From Dimorphilus gyrociliatus (lineage: Eukaryota; Animalia; Annelida), in the NCBI GenBank assembly GCA_904063045.1, contig CAJFCJ010000007.1:3541404-3605403 (forward strand): a DNA stretch of 64,000 nucleotides, in the 5' to 3' direction. The first letter of the stretch is position 1. Each line of letters starts with the position of its first letter. The notes beneath the pieces were generated by a model. That model did not search any database. It had not been told where the DNA came from and saw nothing but the letters and a program-made list of their open reading frames with translations. The position numbers and the translations under genes were made by a program. Below, in pieces: positions 48,275 through 60,700 of this stretch.

Positions 48275-51200
48275 TTTGTTTGTTTATATAAATCGAAAAC
48301 AATATGAGAGGATTTAAATGCTAAAGAGGCCTATTTACCTTGTTGATGGCGCCTTCTTTAGTAATTGTTTAGTAGAATTCTTATTAGATGAAACGTATGG
48401 AATAAGTCTTGTCATGGTACTTATAATGCTTCTGAACCATTCTTCTCTGTAGAATTAGATAGAAAATTGGAAATGGAAATAATATTTAAAAGAAAATTAC
48501 ATTTCTCCATCGTAGTCTCCCGAGGCAAATTCAGTTTCCGAGAAGGAACCGCCAGTATTTAGATATGCCCATAGAAGATAACGTACAAATGGTCTTTTTA
48601 AGTTAGTATCCACCTGTTCGTTGGTAACAACTGAAATTAACTCCCTAAATGGTAGGATGGTTTGACATAAGGATTCAATAAAACGGTTTTCTCCTTCACA
48701 ACAGGTGGCTAAAATGTCGACGAGGCTCATTAAATAGCTCAAATGTTGTTTGCCCATCTTTCCCATTAAAATTTGTAACCTTTCAGATTCTTCGTATTTA
48801 TCAAAAACGTAAGCGGCTCTTGAAAATCTTTGATTAAGATACTTGACAACATAATCTTGATTTCTTTTCAAAGGTAAATTCAATTCTTCAATTTTAATGA
48901 TTGCGGATAAAGCGTCTAAATATTCGGCGGCTTTCTCTTGATATTTCGCAGTCAAATCAACTATCTTTTGTATATGTAGTGGGTTGACCTTTAGGCAAGT
49001 AGTTTGATTTCCAACAAAAACTTCAGTAAGTGCCTCTGCAAGTTCCTTTTCGACACCTTTGATACGTAGCATAAAATCTAATCTTTGGAATATGAACGCT
49101 TGACCTTCTTCGTTTCCTTTAATCATAGCCTTTAATAACTTTAGAGCCCATCGGAAAACATCTCTTAAAGCTCCGTGATGATTCTCCTCCATTTGAACGT
49201 TATGTTGTAATATTTTAAGTACAATATCCATTACACCTAAGAGGGAAAGTGTACAATGTGTAATAGGAAATACTTAATTAATAAGAATAGTATGGTTCGA
49301 ACCGTTATTAGCTAAAATAATTTGATTCATAGTGTGGTGTTCTTCACAATCATTGACTAAATGGCACATACTGTTGTAAAAGAGCAAAGGTAAGAAAACA
49401 AAACTATACATTATGTATACATTTTAAACTTACTCGATTAATTGTTTTATTATTGCAACTGACTCGTCGGCCTGTTCATTACTCATCTTTGATCCGGCAT
49501 TCCTTCTTAATTTGGGTAGAATACCATCGATAATCTGATTTATCTGTATCGAATCATCTGTAAGTAAAACTTGAGCTTTTACAGCCTTTTCAAACAGATC
49601 GGCTTTCGCGGTGAAGAATTTGGTTAGCAGATGCATAGATTTTGTAATCATATCATCGTATTCGTACTTGGATAAATCAAGCATTATATCTCTAAAATCT
49701 TCCTTATCAAATACAGTTGTACTCTCCATAATCCTTTCAATCTCTTCCAAAATATCCGCTTTTAGGCTTAAAATGGAATTTACTGTAGTTTGTTAACTTT
49801 TTCAAAGTTCTATTTTAAACTTACTGCTGATCTTTTCTATTAATTCGTTTACTTTCCAACATTGAACTAAGTCTATTAGATTTTTGCTTTTTTAGACGCC
49901 TAAATAAGGCTATAAACTTTTCTAATCGAATGCTAAATTGAAAGGTTAGAAGAACGTCTACAACGTCCATTGCCGCTAATTTTGCTTGAACAATAGCATT
50001 CGTTTGAGCGCAAGGTTTATATCTCTCTTGCTTTTGATAGGCAAGTTTAGCTTCTTTATCTTTACCAACTATTGAATTAAATATAGGGTTAGAAAGTTAA
50101 TTAATGAATTCTAAGAATTTTCCATCACACCTGATTTAGGTGGACGATCATTTGTACCATCCATAAGGTCCATTAAACCCTCCCTTAACTTTTTTATGTC
50201 GCTAGCATCGTAAAATCCAAATTTTATTAAGTATTTAACAAGCTCCAAAACCTTTTTGAACGAAATAAAAAGTATCTATTTACTATTGATTTTAATAGAA
50301 GTATTAAATCCGTACCTGTTCAATGAGATTATTGCCACCAATATCGTCGAATGACATGCTACCATGTTCCTTAAGGAAACTCGCAATCCATCCTTGAAGA
50401 GATTGAATAATCTGTCTTTCATTATCCGATAGTCTTTCCAACTAAATTTAAATATTTATAAATAGATATAAAGTCTTATTAAGTAATGTTAACTTACGTT
50501 ATCCAGGTATTTCTTCATAATATCAGCACTATCGGAGACAACTTCATTGTAGACAAAAGTTAGTTTTGTTTGTTCAACAACCGAAGTATTATTGCCAACA
50601 TCGACAAATAACTTAATAATAAGATTGCAGTATTTCGCCCGAAGTTCAGCAGGCATTGCGGGATCTGTAAGACAAACGAAAGCCTCCTCCCAAGTTAGGA
50701 AGCGTCTTGATTTCGTTATAACTTCAATAGCGTGATGATTTCTTCCTTCGCACAATTTACCGAATAGTTCCAATTGTTTCTCAAGAAACATGTATTGATT
50801 ACTATCGTGAGTTACCTAGATAGAATAGATAGGAATAGTTGTAATAAGTAATAAATTAAATCTAACCTTAACAAAATCGGATAATTTCACCCAATCTTTA
50901 GCTTCACCAGTTTTCACGTAGACGATATTCTCGTTCTTCTTACTTGGTATATTAGTGGCAAGTTCTGTAAGAAATACGCCATCTTCGTTTTGAAGCCATT
51001 GATCTACAATAAATGATTGGTTTTCCGGAAGTGGAATACCATCACAAACGCTAATAACATTAAGATATTCAAGATAACGATAATTCTTAGTTGCTTGAAC
51101 TTTGTCAACAATTTCGCAAATCGTCTCTTTTGATATCCTCTCAACAATCTTTCTATTATCTCGAATTAGTTCGGCAATCATATCTAATGCATTATTACTT

Positions 51201-51992
51201 ATATTTCTATCGATTTGTCCATTTTCCAAATTTTCAAAGAACATTATATATTTAGCGAAATACAATTCATTCTTTCTACTATCGCCCTTTAAATAGTAGA
51301 GGAGAACTTCTAACATGGAACTCAAAACATCATTTATCTTCTTTTCATTAATCCTATATAAATGAATGAAGGTTGGTTTAAAAATCATTTGGAAAAAGTA
51401 TACAATCAAATCCAAAAGGTGTAAATTTCTCATTAATTTTTGTCTCTTTTTATCGGGAAGAGCGTTAACAATCATAAAATTTTTCATTTGAATAAGCGTC
51501 TAAAAGAGACAATTGAAATAATTAAAAAAAAATTCAAATAGACGCCTTTACTTTATTCGCCTTACCTGTTTTATATCATAAATTATAGCTACTGGAATAT
51601 TGGTTTGTGGATGCTGAGAAATCTATAATAAATTCATTATAGATATTGTAATGAATATTCAAATATTCAAAAAACCGTTTCAATGAAGGAAATTAAAACT
51701 GGGGCAAAACCACTGGCAATGTTAAAATCCTTTTTAGATGAATCAGAAACTTTTTGAAGAGTGAATGCGTCATCGTCCATTCTGACTTGCTCTACTCCCA
51801 ACTGTATAATAACAACAGTATTTCTTTTCATTCCTTCTTAACTAGAAACATATGACAAACTTCAAACTTACCTTTCTTAGATCGGCTCCGTCCCATTGTA
51901 ATTTACCTATTTCGTCTACAGCTAGTTTATCTTCGGGTTTGATAAATTTATCTATTTATAGAATAACGTTGTTAATATACAATAAATAATAA

Positions 51993-52027
<35 letters not shown>

Positions 52028-54189
52028 ATTGTACAGTATATAAAGGTTAATTACCTTTAAGAGCGTGTAACCACTTCCCAGAAACAGCATGTTTTATCCT
52101 AGCGTAGCTTTCAAATTCCGCTTCGTCCTTTTCCTGTATTATTAGAGGGGAGAGTAGTTTCATTAGTCGTAAACAATAGCTCTTCGTCTATATACCTGAG
52201 TAACCGGATAAAGAATAAAGACTGTTGAAGGAGTTGGAGATGGAACTAGAATCAATCCATTAAATAAATTATCCAAAGCCAAGTACATTTTCGTTGGTAG
52301 ATGACGGAATCTTATTGAATGTTCCCAAAGAATTTCACTGCCTATAATAATTGCATAAGTGTAATTATAGCGTCTCTGTATTTTGTTCTTTCTCTCCCCC
52401 TCTCTCTCTTCCCTAATTTATTCTCATACCGTATTGTAAGCCATTCTTGTGTTCAACTTGCCAATAAGTTATAGCCGATGTTGACGGAAACATTGTCTTT
52501 GGTTTGCTATTATCGATTGGCCTTAGTCTCATATGAACTTGAAGAAGAAGAAGAAGAAGGGTTTTTATAAAACTAATTCGAATATTCAATTATTCAATTA
52601 ATTAATTAATTACCCTGGTCAGGCTTCGAACCAGGAATAGGATTCATGTACAATCCATCGGAAACGACGTATGCTTCTAACTCTTTATGGAATAATCTCA
52701 CAAGGGAACCACCCTTATAAAAAAAAAAGGAATTCAGTTTTGACTGCAATTAAGATAAGATAATAAAGTTAATTTACCGTAATAACCGAAGAATTATTAT
52801 CGGAAGGTCGTTTAAATAAACCAATTACAAAACCGGTTTTACTCACTCCCAGATTAATTTCGCAACTGAGAAAAAAAAGATCATTTGGATAGAAAGAAGG
52901 AAAAAATAATTATAAAATGAATGAAATTTTAATATTCAAGTGAAAAATTTGAATAAATTATAAATACATTTTTGATCTGATAAAAGTATCTTGAAAAGCT
53001 GTGCTAGCGTGTAAAAATTGACCAGGAGATTTAACACTCTCCAATAAAACTTGATCAGAATCTTGTATAAGATCACCTTCGGATTTAACTTTAAATCTTG
53101 GCAAAATTTTAAATTGGGCATGTTTGTCATCAAAACCATATAACATTACCTATGGAAAAGAAGGGAGAATTATTGAAATTATTCAGAATGCATTATAATT
53201 AATTATCTATATATAATTAGTAAAATTAATAAGTTAGTTTACGAAAATGAGGGTCAAAATTATCAAATAAGCTGTTTTTTTGTTTTTTACGTACTTGCAT
53301 ACAATTTTTATCCCTTAAACTTGTTTTCGAGGTACTAATATGAACATAATTGTCGGTAAATATATGTTTTAACTGTATTATCTGCCCATATCTCAAACGC
53401 TGTCCATGAGCTCTCTGCTTTTCCTTTTCGTTATCTCTAGTCTCTGATAAGGCATCCGATCTTAATTTCTCAATGCTAACACCATCAGCCAATCTTTTCT
53501 TGCTCGACTGGGTTTGTCTATAGATTTTGTTTAGTTTGTATCGGTTTCTAGGACATATTTCGAACGTTATCGCTACAAAAGAAAAACATAGTAAACTTTA
53601 TTTTTATATTAAATATTGATATTTAAATCTCTAAATAATTAAGGCCTATATAAGAGGTTGAAGTAACTTTTACGACTTAAATAGACATCTTTCAATATAC
53701 TGCCATTTTTATCCGCGTTGGGTGTATTTACATTAGCCTATTGCCTATGTTGTTCATTCCGAGTATACCTTCGCCACAGGCATTCACCTATTTAATGAAT
53801 GAATAAGGGCAGGAAGAAATTATAATATTTCTCTTTTATAGGCCTATTTAGATAAACTAAGACTTTTACTATAAATACATTCTAGTTGTTCAATAAACGA
53901 ATATTGTTTCAATATTTTGAAATATAAATAAATTATGATGAAATTTTTACCTTGAGAATCGGGTATATCTTTAATATCGATGTAATCTTCCTTCTTTTGT
54001 TGATAGAACGTTTGAAGAGAATTATGAGCATTGCTTTATTTTTTATTAAAACAAACAAAACAGTTTTATAAATGAAACTCTAAGTAGTGATAGTTAAAAT
54101 GTATACCTGGAGGAAAAATTGAAGACGAAACCTGACCTATCCTCGCAAAAGAGATGAACAATATCCCCGTAACAAATATAACGAGCCAT
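42161..54189 (-). CDS. ITPR: Inositol 1,4,5-trisphosphate receptor-family Ca2+ channel, divergent; many exons
   Basis: N-terminal YICYGDIVHLF, LRYGQIIQLKH, FKILPRFKVKSEGD, GGSLVRLFH and RFRHLPT (trefoil/MIR domains); RQKLMR; RIH/armadillo blocks; a six-TM region; TTIGLNIIFGIILDTFSELR; the CFICG...HVKEEHNLW zinc finger; and a coiled-coil tail. I traced the N-terminal exons and several internal ones, but not every junction. Confidence 0.93.
48003..48130. repeat. Compound intronic repeat: (TCA/TCG)n followed by (TTGA)n
   Basis: Direct reading within an ITPR intron. Confidence 0.75.
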
Positions 54190-55583
54190 TTCTTTAGATT
54201 AAATAGATTAAACGAGCCAATCCTCTAAAGCTATCAACCGACCTGTGTATAAGTGATATATTTTCCTAATATTTATTTAGGGTGGTTGATAGAATGAGAC
54301 TCTAGATCTATACATAGAACTCTTTAAAAGAGTATAAGATAGTTTACAGCGTACAACTCTTTTGATTCATTAAATTCTACTAAATATATTCGATATTTCT
54401 ATATAAAATAGGACTATATAAGTCATTATCTATTATAATAATCAATGCTTTTTTTAGCTCTTAAAAAGATTTACTTAATACACTCTTCTTTTAACAGATA
54501 AGGATATAAGACAATAAATCAAAGATTCCTTTACCTCGCTTTATAGTTTTCTTCTATTTTATTACTGTTTAATAGATCAATTCATCTACTATCAGGAAAT
54601 ATTCTGCAATTATTAAAAATGATTCAAATTACACGATGTAATTTTAATATATTAGATATACTGTATATATATATATACAGTATATATATTAATATATAAT
54701 ATTGATTTTTTTCTATTCTTCTCTATATCTTTCCATATTCCTTCTAGTAAAGTTTGTTAGAATACGATTAAAGACGGTTGAAAAAAGTTCAAACTAATAA
54801 ATGCTATTTTCATTTTTACGTATAGAATTATATAAATATGTTAAACGTAGTTAGATACTTACCAGAAACTCGTTGGAAAGTGACAAAAGTAGAGAAAAAT
54901 AATAAAAAAATAGTTGCCAACCTAAGCCGAAAAGTTTTAAGGCCTAGGAACTAACACTATTCAGCAAATTCCTCTATATAGTAGAACTTCTATTATTATC
55001 ATTCGAATAAATAGGCCTAACGAAAAGATTCATAGTAAGTTTCACATACTTTAAGAAATAGTTATAAAGGGTAGCTTGAGATTTTTCCTACATTTTCTTT
55101 TAGTAATAGAAAGAAACATTTTCGAATAGTTCTTTATCTACTTTTAGTTCCCCTCCCACCCTTCCTTATGTATCTTTATATATCAACATTTAGAGGGCCT
55201 TTCATACCTCTTCTTTCATTTATTAAGAATGCAAAATTCATATTTATATTAGTTTATATACTATAAAGTAGCTCTAATGGAATTTTTTTCACTTTGTAAT
55301 ATAGAATATAATTCATCATTTTAACCTATACAAAAGCTCAAACGAGCAATATTTCTTTATCGGATAGTTCCTTTGGTCAGCTCCACCTGGAAGTAATGGA
55401 AGCGACTACATCTTCTTACATGTATACTGTATATATATATATATATTTAACGTCTGTACCTTGCATTCATTTCCGTGAATTTATCCTGTATTGTACTCAT
55501 AAAGGTTATACAAGTGACAGCTGGTCTAAAGAAGGATAATTTAGGAATTGTATGAGGAAATTTATGAATGATTTCCGTCTATC

Positions 55584-57147
55584 ATGAGTATTTTAAATGA
55601 AATTCGACGCTTTGGCGTTGAAATTGTTAGCTTTATATATTTTTTCTCATGGCATTTAATTTATACATCTTCACAAACTTATTTAAATACTGTAACTGGA
55701 GATCTACAAGAAATTAACGCCTGCAAAAGTAATTTAACGTCAAAGGAAATATATCATAAGGAGAGGGATACGGTTATTCTTTCTATGAAATTATCCTTAG
55801 CGGAACTTTTGCCAGTTATTCCCGTGACAATTTTCTTTGCGATTAGAAGTGATTTAGATAAAAGGAGAAGACTACTGATTTGGCTACCTTTTGTTGGTAA
55901 CGCTCTATTTTGTTTCTTCTATATCATACACTTCTACCAACGAAAGTATCTGTTCCTTCTCTACTTTGGTAATCTTTGTATGGCCTTTTGCGGTCATATG
56001 TATATGTTCCAGGCGGGCGTTCATTCGAGAATAGGAGATCATTTTCAATCGAATCAGAGGCTACTTCAAATGGCTACTCAAGAATCTTTTATCCAATTGG
56101 CAATGGGTCTAGGTATATTGGTTGGTGGAATATGGGATCAATACCTTGGTTTTCTTAGTTCATACTTTATTGGACTAGTCATATCTTCAATTGCAGTTCC
56201 TCTCACTTTTCTTCTAGTTGTAGAAGACAAACTTAACACGGAAAATTCCTACGAAGAGATTGATGTGAAATCGTGGAGACATATCTTTTGCGAAGCTAGA
56301 TATTGGCTAATATTCTTAAGTTTTCAGTTATTTATATTTGTTCACAACGGAGAAGAAAGAATACGTATACTCTATTTTAAGAATAAACCGCTTTGTTTCA
56401 CTTCTCTAACCATTGGGCTAACATGCTTTGTACTAGGCCTAGTTGCCTCAATTGGTACAGTAGGTAGTGTCTATATATTTTCAAGGATGGGTTTAAAGCC
56501 ACTTTGGATAGGAGTTGTTGGATTTGGATCAAAAATTGTTGGTAGTATATTTTTAGCTGTAGCAAACAGTCTAGCGTTAGCCATGCTAGGTAAGAAAGTT
56601 TGTCCATTCAAAGATAACGATTGTTCATCCTTCCAATTTCTTTTCATTCAAACACAGCTCAAGTAACAATGATCTTCTACGCAGTTCCATTTTCAGTTGC
56701 TAGATCATTTATATCGGAAATAGCTGGTGAAGGAAAACAAGGTAAAAACAGAAACGATTTAACGATTTACTAAATGGAATAGAAAGAATTTAAAACTCTT
56801 TGATGTTTATATATCTTTTTTATTGTTATATATAGGAGTTGCACAAGCGATTTTGCATAGTGGTTTAGCGATTAATGCCGCAATAGAGCCACCTATACTT
56901 GATTCAATATATGCGGCTACTTTAGATACCGTTTATGGAATGACGTTTTATTGCTGTGCAATAGTACTAATCGTATCAGCTGTATTATTGATGTAAGATT
57001 TGATTTTATTACCATTTTGAATATTCAATAGATTTCATTTTCTTCTTTCTTTTTAGAATTGGCGATAAGATGCAAAAGTTTAATAGATCTTGCTACAATG
57101 AAGAAAGTATTCCACTAGATGGCGATAAAGTTGATCAAAATGTTTAA
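55584..57147 (+). CDS. MFS transporter, SLC46 (PCFT/HCP1)-like. Exons approx. 55584-56588, 56659-56741, 56837-56992, 57057-57147
   Basis: About 12 hydrophobic segments. The first loop carries a Cys (NACKS), and the motifs RSDLDKRRRLLIWLPFVG and RSFISEIAGEGKQG are present, with YFKNKPLCF after TM7. The C-terminus is a polar tail. Confidence 0.75.
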
Positions 57148-57304
57148 GAGCTCAAAAACTGATAATTATTATTATATCTTTAGTCGAATGTTAAGTAGCA
57201 ATAAACCGTTTAATTGAATATAAGAGCTGAAATCTTTATTGTTTAAATCGGATGTAGAATATAGCATCTATTTGGACGTTTGAACGAAAAACAATATTGT
57301 TCTC

Positions 57305-57307
<3 letters not shown>

Positions 57308-57341
<34 letters not shown>
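57308..57341. repeat. (CT)n microsatellite
   Basis: Direct reading. Confidence 0.9.
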
Positions 57342-57344
<3 letters not shown>

Positions 57345-57761
57345 AAAGAGGAGAGGTTAATCTTTCTAAAATAAAAAATCTATTATATCTTGGCAGAATG
57401 AAATAGAGAACTTTTTCTCTAGTTCTATTTTCTTAGGCCTATATTTGTGATTATTTTCTTCCTTTAAAAGTACATACGTATAGGGTTGGATTGTTCTAAA
57501 TATTTGGCCTAATTCCACAACTCGCCTGAACGCGACGGGTAAAAGTTGACTTAAGAATTGAATTCGCTCTTCTGTCTTAAACCTTGTTCAAACTTTACAA
57601 ATACGGCCTAGAACGACAGATGGCCTGAGAAGATAAAATAAGCGCCACCTACAAGTGGAAATTATAAATATTTTCTCTTTATTTCATTATTCTTTCCCGA
57701 ACTCGGTTAGAGAACATTAAACGGAAAGACGGAAAGATAGAAAAACGATGAAAGTTGTGAT

Positions 57762-60700
57762 ATGAGTTTATCCTCGGTGATAACGCTAATCCTGCTTCTC
57801 TCTTCGGTTACAAGAACTTTTGGAACGGGTAAGCAAGCAAGAAAGTAAAAAGAGAAAACAAACTAAACCAATGAGAAATACGCTAAGAGCATAAAAAAGT
57901 TATAAACTAATAATGACCTATTTGCATATTAATTATTATAAAATAAACAAAAGGGAACTTGAAAATATCTTTTTTTAAAAAAAACTGAATAATAAAGAAC
58001 ATATTTTCTTTTCTCATCCAGTACAGAATTGCTGCCAATTATTGGATAGGCCTTACGCCTGTAAGAAGTTTTGCAACGAGGTTAGTCCCTTTTATACAGA
58101 GATCTGGTTTAAAGTAAATAGTAAATGTAAAGAGGAAAGGACATAAAACCCTTGTTATCTGTATACTGTAAAGTTTTTTAAACTACCGTTCGCATCATTG
58201 TAAATGATTATTCGAATGATAAGGATCTCCATGACTACTACACTCGAGCCGGTAATAATAAGGTTTTTTACGACCTCCTAGCCCTTTTATCTCTGTTTGC
58301 ATTCTGTCTTATCATATTTCCTTGTTTGTCTATTGAATATATTCATTACTTTATATAAGTTCGCCGACGCGGCGGGCCACCACCTGTACACAACTTGTTA
58401 TCACAGTAAACTCTTCCCGTACTGGAAATCATTTACCGAAAATTCTTTATCCAGAAGGAAAGGGGGTTGAAAGATAAATCTCCTTCTCCTCATCCTCCTC
58501 CTCTCTCTACAGCGTTCTTTTTTATTCATCTTTTAATCTTCCTCAATCCGTTTAATCCGCAGTAAATCAAACACTTGTTCTTTATCCAAGAAAATTGAAA
58601 CATTCTATGTTCCTCTTTCTGAGGGTTATCGGCTTTTTAACTCGGCCTCATTAATCACCGAGTTAACCGGTTTCGCACGCGAATTTCTCCTTTGAGGCTG
58701 CCTTATTTTGGTCAAATATCTATATACTAATAACTTTTACAATCATCTTAACCAGGTTACCATACTATTTTTACAAACAACCTTTAATTAATTATTCATT
58801 TACCGCTTTGTTATTCTTGTTTTAATTATTCTCTTTTTTACACATTTTTAGCTTGAGGGAAGAGGATCAGCTCCCCAATTGATTGAAGAAATTACCAAAG
58901 TTTGCCCGCCCTTTTCGGTAAATATTACATTATAATATATATATATATATATATATAATTTATATTTATATATCTATATATATATATATATATAGCCTTT
59001 AAAAAGCTCGCGGCATTTTATTGAACAAAAAACAGGGAACATCAAAAGCGTTCGATTAAAATGTTTTCTACGCCTTTTGTGCCTTATTTTTATATCCACA
59101 ATTCTCTTTCTTTCTCCCTTTTTATTTTTCTCCTTCAAACGTTTTGCCGACCGACCGGCCCAACCAGCCGCCGATTTATCATTATCTTCTACAGCAAAAT
59201 GTCGGATCGCACGTGACCCGTGTTCAATTGCAGTTGCACGCGTCAATACCCAGAGGTATTTCTCGTTTTCCTCACATAGGCCTATTTCGTTTACCTTTCG
59301 GTTTTTCGTTTTCTCAGTCGGACACAACAACTTTCCCCTTATCTTTTTTGGAAATTTTTTCAAATGTGCAATAGATGGCGCCTTATATGTTTAATTTTTT
59401 TTTTTTTGGAAACTACCTACTAATACATTATTGCTTTATTTATTTATTTATATGATAATAAATCTTTATTATCTTATTTTTCGTTGATACAGAAACTAAG
59501 GATATGCCTGAATTCAACGAAAATAGGTGAGGAAGTTTTTCGAATTCTTAATCCTTTTCTTGTGTGTTCAAACCTATTCATAAAAATCGATTATCCAACC
59601 ATTCCAAACTCTTTCCCCCACTCCCCCCTCTCTTTCTCTCTCCTCCCCCCTTCCTTCTTTTTCGTCAATTAGACAAAGTCTTTTATCAAGTACAATAACG
59701 CCCCTTTCCCGCCCTTTCCTCTTAGTCAAATTATATATTAAAACCACTATCCAGGTGGGTGGCGATAGCAATTGTTACAAATTTCAACGAACCGTTAAGA
59801 AATACTGACGGAGAACAAAAAAAATAACAAAATAATAAAGCAAACAAGGGGAAAAAACGTTTTTTTCTCTCTTTTCAAACGACTGGCTCAAAGTGAAGAA
59901 GCGAACCGTTAAGCAAAAAAAGGTCATGGTGTCGGATACGCGCAGCTTGAATCCCGAGATAATCGAGGCAAAAAAGCGAAGAGCGTTTTGTTTACCGTAG
60001 AAGATTTCTTTCGACCGCATCACGATAATCATTCTCGGTAAAAAACATCCGTTTTCCTTTGAGTTTAGAAACAAGGTTATAAAGTATAGAAAATCAATGT
60101 AAAAAGTATTGAAAAATGATCGTTAAGTTATATATACGAATGCTGAGATACAAAGAGGATAGATAGCTTAAGAAAAAGAAGAATATCTTTAGAGCGTATG
60201 GGGAATTAACGCCTCGTCGATATTTGTTATGCGAAAGACGTGTTAAATGTCTAGAAGGAGGGTTAGGTAATTTGTCGTTTTAGCTTGAATTAATCAATAA
60301 AACAAATAAAAAGTTATATATGCCTAAATGGTAGGGAATTTTTATACATAAATATGATTATATATATATGTTTACAGTGAGATATGTAATAGCTATATCG
60401 TGTGTTTTTCATGCCTTTAGAAAACTGATATGCAATAGTTGACAAAGGACAAATCGTAGCTCGCATTACTTATGAGATTTCCATATGTACCCTACTATAT
60501 ATAAATATATATGTGTATAATCTTTTATATATATACAACATAACAATTAATATAATCCTATAACAGCTATTATTGCTAGAAAAGTAGTTTTAGCTTTCAA
60601 TTAATACTATTATTCTATAATTATGACCTTCTTCAATTGTTAATTAAGATTGTTAGAGTTTCTATACTTTCACTTTAATAAAAAGCTTTCTTTCTCCAGT

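Noticed and set aside
58390-58680. TATCACAG (miR-2 seed) near 58400, and a 9-bp hairpin TTAACTCGG/CCGAGTTAA with a TCACCGAG (miR-36-like) start near 58657
   Set aside because: Neither forms the roughly 20-bp pre-miRNA duplex, and the sequences beyond the seed do not match the families as I recall them.
58974-60074. Minus-strand ORFs (129 aa and 96 aa) inside RECK introns as a possible nested antisense gene
   Set aside because: They have Lys/Phe-rich low-complexity ends, no recognisable domain and no consistent minus-strand exon chain. The best splice signals in these islands are on the plus strand.
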